64,000 bases of DNA from Thermoanaerobaculia bacterium (lineage in GTDB: Bacteria > Acidobacteriota > Thermoanaerobaculia > Multivoradales > Multivoraceae): the NCBI GenBank assembly GCA_963664405.1, contig OY761158.1, positions 448,001 through 512,000 of the forward strand, read 5' to 3'. Of the stretch, positions 58,213 to 64,000 are shown piece after piece. Both the position numbers and the translations under genes were made by a program. The notes beneath the pieces were generated by a model, which did not search any database, was not told the origin of the DNA, and saw only the letters and a list, made by a program, of their open reading frames with translations. The number at the start of each line of letters is the position of its first letter. The first letter of the stretch is position 1.

Positions 58213-58715
58213 GTGAAGCCTAGATTGCACAGCCAGAACCAGGGTTTCCGGTGGGAGACCCCGCTAGGTCCCTTCCGTCGTCTCACCACCGACCAAGCTA
58301 GACAGTGGAGCGAGCAGGGTTTCTTCGTCCTCGAGGACGCCATCGACCGCCCAACTCTCGAGCGCCTGATCTCCGAGATCGACCCTTGGGAGGCGAAGGC
58401 CGAAGCCTGGCTACGAAAGCAACCTCAGGGACGGAGCTCCGTCGCCCGCGCGGGCGAGATCACCTTCACGGTCCACCTGGTGAAGCGGTCGGCCTTCCTA
58501 CGTAGCTTCTGCGCTGGAGGGCTCTTTCGCGACCTCGCCTGGGACCTGGTAGGTCCCGACGTTCGGCTCTACTGGGATCAGGCTGTGTACAAGATGCCCA
58601 GCGTGGCGGCGCCCTGCGCATGGAGCCCAAAGAGAGCGGCGGCTATCGCTCCATCCGCCAGGATGACCCCGAGCGCCAGTTTCCGATCCGGAGCGCTGGA
58701 CGTCCGCTGGCCTGA
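58213..58715 (+). pseudogene. Phytanoyl-CoA dioxygenase-family (PhyH) remnant with internal deletion
   Basis: N-terminus up to LYWDQAVYK, then an out-of-frame C-terminal-like ...GALRMEP..QDDPERQFPI* ; no HxD or distal His. Confidence 0.75.
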
Positions 58716-58740
58716 GATCGGCGATCGACGGACCCGAGCT

Positions 58741-58771
58741 CAAAAAGAAAAGCGCCTCCCGCAGGAGGCGC
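58741..58771 (-). terminator. Rho-independent terminator of the 58798-60048 gene
   Basis: GCGCCTCC-N4-GGAGGCGC hairpin followed by TTTTCTTTTT on the minus strand. Confidence 0.8.
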
Positions 58772-58797
58772 CCTTCGACTTCGAAACGGCTTCCTGC

Positions 58798-60048
58798 TCA
58801 GTTACCGCTGGACGGATCGCCGACCCAGCCGGTCTTTCCCGAGGCGTTCTCGTCGGGGTTCGTATAAGTGAGAAATCCGAAGAGCATCTCTTCGTGAGTC
58901 GCTTCGCCCCAAGTGATCGTTTGGCTCGGATCGGGGTTCCAGGGATTGTCAGCTGAATTGTCCCAGACTCCGGTGAAGCTCACTTTCGTCCCCTTGGGCA
59001 CCAGCTTCGGCTCCTTGAAGCGATATGCGGTCTGCCAGTTGTAGTCGTACTTCGGCACGTCGAGAAGGATCTCCTCAGTGCCATCCGGGTACTGAAGCGT
59101 GTACTTCGCCGAAATCCCGCGCAGATGCATATGCGGCATCATCGCGTTGATCAAGGCGTCCGTCTCGAATTCCATCTCGGCCGTAGCCGCGTAGTTCGCC
59201 TCTCCCGGGGGGATGGAGAAATCGAAGGTCCCGAGCGGGTTGTTCAGCAGAACGTGCTCCGGGGTGTATCCCTCGGGATAGAAAACGATGCCTACCGCCG
59301 ACTGGTCCCAGACACCGGTCCCGGGCCCTGGCTCCTTGTGGTAGTGCACGTTCCATCTCATCTCCTCGCCGGCTTTGAGCTTAGCCGCATAGCCGTCGCG
59401 ATAGACATTCGGCTTGTTGCCGGGAGCGATCCCGCCGACCGGGCGCAGGATGATGTGATGCACGGCCGGAGAGCCCGGGCGAAACTCGACCGCTTTGATC
59501 CAGCGATCCGTGGGCAGTTCTTCTTCCGTCAACTTGATGGGAAAGTAGAAAGTGTCGTCGAGGAGCTCGTCGGGAACGAAGAACGCCTCTCTGAACTCGA
59601 GTACCAGGTCCGGTTCGCCGATGCTCCAGCCATCGCTGCTGGCGAAGTCCCGGGGTGCCGGCGCATCCGCCTCATTCCCTGCCGCCGCGCCACTACGTGC
59701 CCAGGCTACGACTGTCTCGATCTCGGCTTCGGTGAGAGTTCGCTCGTCCTCGAAGACTCCGGAGTGAATCGAAGAGGCATCCCAGGGTGGCATATCCCTA
59801 TTAGCGACCGCCTTGCCGATCGCCCGCGCCCAGGGCCGAGCCTCCTGGTAAGTGGTGAACGCCATTGGCGCCACCATGCCGCCCATGTTGGTGCCACCCT
59901 CTCGGTGACAATCCTGGCAATTCTGCTGAAGGATAGGCAGCACGTCTTTGTAAAACGTGACGTCCGCGACCGTTGCGTCGTTGGCGGCTGCCAGAACAGG
60001 CGCCATGGAAATCAACAGAGCCACAACGCCAGAGATCAAAATACGCAT
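58798..60048 (-). CDS. Exported cytochrome c plus copper type II (PHM/DBH-like) monooxygenase-domain protein
   Basis: Signal peptide; CQDCH, MPPW; VHHI, PHMHLRG, YDYNWQ, EEM copper-ligand pattern. Confidence 0.8.
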   Translation of the reverse strand: MRILISGVVALLISMAPVLAAANDATVADVTFYKDVLPILQQNCQDCHREGGTNMGGMVAPMAFTTYQEARPWARAIGKAVANRDMPPWDASSIHSGVFEDERTLTEAEIETVVAWARSGAAAGNEADAPAPRDFASSDGWSIGEPDLVLEFREAFFVPDELLDDTFYFPIKLTEEELPTDRWIKAVEFRPGSPAVHHIILRPVGGIAPGNKPNVYRDGYAAKLKAGEEMRWNVHYHKEPGPGTGVWDQSAVGIVFYPEGYTPEHVLLNNPLGTFDFSIPPGEANYAATAEMEFETDALINAMMPHMHLRGISAKYTLQYPDGTEEILLDVPKYDYNWQTAYRFKEPKLVPKGTKVSFTGVWDNSADNPWNPDPSQTITWGEATHEEMLFGFLTYTNPDENASGKTGWVGDPSSGN

Positions 60049-60187
60049 CTTCACTACCTTTCCTTCAGATCCAGGATGGAGCGGCTGAACCGACACACAC
60101 ATCTCGGTACGAGATTTACGGGACAAAGATATCAAATGTGCCTTATTTCGAAAGGCATCGCGCCGATCTGCTCGACCGGAAAGATCC

Positions 60188-61011
60188 CTAGCGGTCGCGA
60201 ATCGAATACAAATGCGAGCGGGTCCGGATCAAGAGACGCTCACCAACGAGGGCCGGCGAAGCCAGCACCATTTCGTCCAAAGCACTCTCATGCAGCTGCT
60301 CGAACTTTCCACCTGCCTCGAATACGAAGGTGCTGCCGTCCTCGTCGATGGCAAAGATCTTCCCCCGGTAGGCCCAAGGCGATGCGGTGAAAGCGCCTGC
60401 CGAGCCCGCGATTCGGGCACGGAACACGCGCTGCCCGTCAGCAGCCTGGTCACCGGCGTCTCCGAGGTGAACGAGTTCTTGCGATGGCGGCCGCCGGGAG
60501 GGCGGCCCTTGAACAGGCTTCGACGCCAGAGCTCCGACCCCGTCTCCAGCTCGTAGGCGATCAAGAGATACTCGAGCTCGATCTCGCTCGGAAACTCCAT
60601 GTCGCGTTCGTTGAGCTTACGGAGCACCTCTTCCTCGCTCAATCCCTGCTTCGTCAGCTCGGCGAGGTATTCGTTGCTGAAGTCAGTCCCGATCTGCGGC
60701 GGTTTCATCACGGTCGAGCTGGTGGCGGTAGTCACCAAGACCGTGTCACCGGCTTCGATCGGCGAGGACCACCCCATACCTGGGACTTCGGCCCCCCACT
60801 CGACGTTTTCGGTCGTCGACCAACGAAGAGGCAGTTTCTCGTTTTCCGAGACCGCCATGGCGCGGGGTCCGCGAAATCCTGGCCAGCTCGCGTCCGAGGC
60901 CGTGGCGGCGCCGCGCAGGGTCGATGGCGGCGCCAGAATCAACGCCATCCAGACACAGCAGAGGAGTCTCAGAGGTAGCCCCACGGTGCAGATTTTGGAA
61001 ATACCAATCAT
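60188..61011 (-). pseudogene. PQQ-like beta-propeller protein remnant with internal deletion and frameshift
   Basis: WPGFRGP..PG.GWSSP..KNSFTSETPVT jumps near 60448 to the out-of-frame C-terminus QAADGQRVFRAR..FTASP..LASPA..LLIRT..HLY.I. Confidence 0.8.
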
Positions 61012-61284
61012 GCTCACTTCGGCGTCCCTCACCGGCGAGATCGACTCAGACCGGGTAGCCGTATCGGTCCATAGGGAGCCCCAACTCGTCACGGAACCAA
61101 CGATTGCTCGGGCGACTGAGCTCTCGGACTCGCGGGAACATAGTGTGAAGAGAAGAGCGCGGCTACCGTGCGATCCTCTCCACTGACCTCCGCCGGTCGC
61201 TCGGAGAAGACGCCCGAGGTAAGATCCCCGACCGGCGGACCTCAGGCGCGGGACAGCATTCACTGCTCGATTTGACGCAACCCA

Positions 61285-62925
61285 ATGACCCGTCCCGGTA
61301 AGCGGTGCCTGCGCCCCTCCCTCTCCGTCCTAGAGGTAGCTCTCTTTAGCTGGCTGCTCGTCTTGGCCGCTTGTGGGCCGGAGAGCACTGACAGCCATCG
61401 GGCCGGGGGCAGCGACTCAGCCGCATTCGAAGCGATAGGAACCGGCGAGCCGCGGCGCGGCGGTCACCTCCGCGTGGGCTACGCCCTCGAGCCCACCTCT
61501 CTGGACGCGGTGCTCGGCCGCTCGGGCGGCGACGCCTACTATTGGCACCAGATATACGACCAACTCGTCGATGCCGATCCCGACCTCTTCCCTCGACCGT
61601 CCACCTCACTGGCCCAGTCATGGGAGATCTCTACCGAGCCCGACGCCATCACCTTCTACCTGCGTGAGGGCGTGACCTTCCACGATGGCACCAAGTTCAA
61701 CGCGGATGCGGTCAAGTTCAATGTCGAGCGGATTCTCGAGCCAAAGACGATGGCTACACCGCGCGCCGCGATGACGGTCATCGAATCGGTCGACGTCCTC
61801 GACGAATTCACCGTGAGGTTCAACCTCAGTCGACCCTGGGGAGCAGGCCTCAACATGCTGGCCGATCGAGGCGGAGTGATGAACTCGCCTGCGGCGGTTC
61901 GCGCGCTGGGCAAGGACTACGGCTGGAACCCGTCGGGCACCGGACCGTTCAAGATCGACAAGGTCATCACCGGCACTCTGGTCCACTTGGTTCGCAACGA
62001 GAATTACTGGGGCACCGACGAGAGCGGCAACCCCTTGCCCTACGTCGACGAGGTCACAATCCGAGTGATTCGAGACCAAACGGTGCTGTCTTCGGCGTTG
62101 CGCACGGGTGAGATCGACATCGCCTACCTGCCCTATAAAGACGTGTCGGCGTTCCAGCGTGACGATCGATTCCAGATCGAGACCATGCCCGGTGGCGCGA
62201 TCGCACTGTTGATGGCCTTCAACCTGGCTGCCCCCCCTTTGGACGACATCAATCTCCGCCTCGCCGTCGCTCACGCGGTCGATCCGGAGATCCTCAATAA
62301 AGCCATCTTCTTCGACCAGGTGATCGTCGCCGACGCGGGAATGTGGCCGATCGGCGCCTGGGTATACGACAACAGCCTGCCGCGCCCCTACTACGACCCA
62401 GACAAGGCGCGCGAGTACCTCGTTGCCGGCGGGCGGCCTGACGGCTTCGAATTCACTGCTGTGACCTACAACAGCCCTATTTTCGTACCGGCTGCCGAGG
62501 TTGTCCGAGCGATGCTCAAGAAAGTGGGCATCACGATGAAAATAGACGTGCTGAGTAACGCCGCGGCGACGGAGAGATTCTTCTTCGGGGGCGACTACCC
62601 CATGTATCTGACCGGATGGAGCCGCTACCCGGAGCCGGACTGGCTCGCCTCACTGGCCTACAAGAGCGACGGCTACTACAACGCGGGCAATCTCGAGCGC
62701 CCGGAGATCGACAGACTGGTCGAGAAGGGTGCGTCGCTCTATGACATCGAGGCTCGCAAAGAGGTCTACAACGAGATCAACCGCACCGTGCTGAGCGAGG
62801 CCTGGTTCACGCCGCTGCTCTACGCAGTAAACTACGCCGCGGCGCCGAGGAAGGTGCGTAATCTCGATCGGCTGATGGGATGGGACGGCAAGATGGATCT
62901 GCGAGAGATCTGGCTCGACCCTTAG
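61285..62925 (+). CDS. ABC transporter substrate-binding protein, family 5 (peptide/nickel)
   Basis: Lipobox LAAC, EPTSLD, LREGVTFHDGT.FNADAVKF, GTGPFK, RNENYW. Confidence 0.93.
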   Translation: MTRPGKRCLRPSLSVLEVALFSWLLVLAACGPESTDSHRAGGSDSAAFEAIGTGEPRRGGHLRVGYALEPTSLDAVLGRSGGDAYYWHQIYDQLVDADPDLFPRPSTSLAQSWEISTEPDAITFYLREGVTFHDGTKFNADAVKFNVERILEPKTMATPRAAMTVIESVDVLDEFTVRFNLSRPWGAGLNMLADRGGVMNSPAAVRALGKDYGWNPSGTGPFKIDKVITGTLVHLVRNENYWGTDESGNPLPYVDEVTIRVIRDQTVLSSALRTGEIDIAYLPYKDVSAFQRDDRFQIETMPGGAIALLMAFNLAAPPLDDINLRLAVAHAVDPEILNKAIFFDQVIVADAGMWPIGAWVYDNSLPRPYYDPDKAREYLVAGGRPDGFEFTAVTYNSPIFVPAAEVVRAMLKKVGITMKIDVLSNAAATERFFFGGDYPMYLTGWSRYPEPDWLASLAYKSDGYYNAGNLERPEIDRLVEKGASLYDIEARKEVYNEINRTVLSEAWFTPLLYAVNYAAAPRKVRNLDRLMGWDGKMDLREIWLDP

Positions 62926-62937
62926 ACCTGACGTTCG

Positions 62938-63891
62938 ATGCCGCAGTACGTGCTCCGACGCCTCCTGCAGGCGCTCCCCGTCCTCCTGATCGCCACCTTT
63001 CTGGTATTCGCCCTGATGCTGGCGATTCCGGGCGACCCTGTGCGTGCCTTGATCGGCCCGGGCGAGGCCCTCGACGAAGAACAGATCCAGATCCTCCGCG
63101 AGGAGAATCATCTCGACGAGCCGGTACTCGTCCAATACGCGCTCTGGCTGGGGAAGGCTCTCAAGGGTGACCTCGGGCGCTCAACCCAGAACCAACGGCC
63201 GGTCGCCGCGGAGCTCCGCACTCGTGCCCTGACCACCTTCCAGTTCGGACTCGCCGCCTGGATCTTGGCGGTCCTGATCGGCGTTCCGGCCGGGATCGTC
63301 TCCGCCGTCTACAGAGGCAAGCCGGTGGATTACATCGCCACCGTCGTCTCGATCGGCGGCGTCGCTATCCCCAACTTCTGGCTCGGCATCATGGCGATCC
63401 TGCTCTTCGGAGTCACCCTCGGTTGGCTGCCGACACAAGGCTACGTCAACATTTTCGAAGATCCCGTGCAGGGTCTACGGCACATGATCCTGCCGGCGTT
63501 CGCCCTGGGCATCACCAGCTGTGCGCTGATCATGCGTCAAAGCCGCTCGGCGATGCTGGAAGTCCTCGCACAGGACTACATGCGCACGGCAAGGGCCAAG
63601 GGCCTGCGCGAGCGCACCGTGGTTTGGGTTCATGCCCTACGCAACGCGCTCTTACCGGTCATCACCGTGCTCGGCCTCCAGACCGGCCGGATCTTCGCCG
63701 GCGCGATCGTGATCGAGACTCTCTTCGGCATTCCCGGCACCGGTCAGTTCATGGTGCAGGCGATTTTTGCTCGCGACTTCAAAGTGGTTCAGGGAGCGGT
63801 CCTGCTGATGGCGTTGGCGGTCTTGACCGCCAATCTGCTCACCGACATCGTCTACGCCTGGCTCGACCCGAGAATCAAATACGATGGCTAG
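62938..63891 (+). CDS. ABC transporter permease (DppB/OppB-like)
   Basis: PGDP, GDLGRS, IPNFW, DYMRTARAKGL EAA loop, HALRNA, LDPRI. Confidence 0.95.
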   Translation: MPQYVLRRLLQALPVLLIATFLVFALMLAIPGDPVRALIGPGEALDEEQIQILREENHLDEPVLVQYALWLGKALKGDLGRSTQNQRPVAAELRTRALTTFQFGLAAWILAVLIGVPAGIVSAVYRGKPVDYIATVVSIGGVAIPNFWLGIMAILLFGVTLGWLPTQGYVNIFEDPVQGLRHMILPAFALGITSCALIMRQSRSAMLEVLAQDYMRTARAKGLRERTVVWVHALRNALLPVITVLGLQTGRIFAGAIVIETLFGIPGTGQFMVQAIFARDFKVVQGAVLLMALAVLTANLLTDIVYAWLDPRIKYDG

Positions 63892-64000
63892 CGTCCCTGA
63901 GAGAGCCGCGTCGACACCGGTGCCTGAGAGCCGCCTGCGTCGCCACCCCGCCCTGCGGGTGCTGCCCAAGCTGGCCTCGATCCCCCAGGCGATCTTCGGC
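63884..64000 (+). CDS. Probable second ABC permease (DppC-like), truncated by the window end
   Basis: ATG 63884 overlaps the end of the previous permease; frame is open to the window edge. Call rests on position only. Confidence 0.55.
   Translation, partial: MASVPERAASTPVPESRLRRHPALRVLPKLASIPQAIFG

Noticed and set aside
59125-60390. 421-aa plus-strand ORF and similar long antisense ORFs (2201-3379, 4672-5583, 36804-37763, 48820-50175)
   Set aside because: They overlap well-supported genes on the other strand, which is expected in GC-rich DNA.
1-64000. Very frequent CTCGAG/TCGA words
   Set aside because: Mostly in-frame Leu-Glu (CTC GAG) and similar codon pairs; explained by codon usage, with no positional pattern seen.

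Overview
GC-rich bacterial window. Its gene content (DUF6152/DUF6644-like proteins, TPR/Sel1 proteins, PQQ propellers) suggests an Acidobacteriota-like genome; this is inference. Most of it is ordinary metabolic and housekeeping genes: SDR, quinohemoprotein ADH, NCS2 permease, RNase E/G, trpS, SSS symporter, M32 peptidase, imuA-imuB, acyl-CoA dehydrogenase, an aromatic amino-acid cluster (phhA/Lrp/aminotransferase/hppD/hmgA) and a peptide ABC transporter. The notable part is the mobilome. (1) Two diverged, fully delimited IS21-family elements (1310-4700, GGTGG duplication; 15034-18359, ACACG duplication) share a four-gene layout: Cys-rich Zn-finger ORF, istA, istB and a small DnaD-like ORF. 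(2) A family of CTAG-bounded hairpin elements has four copies, three of them exactly 166 bp; the core is conserved while the terminal arms differ but stay self-complementary. (3) A second small CTAG-bounded element is nested in one of those copies, and its other copy is the target of one IS21. (4) An ISAzo13-family element has an A8 frameshift and a long N-terminal extension. Three genes look like internal-deletion pseudogenes, and imuAB has no dnaE2 next to it. No rRNA, tRNA or CRISPR array was seen. All family calls come from motif recognition by eye, not database searches.
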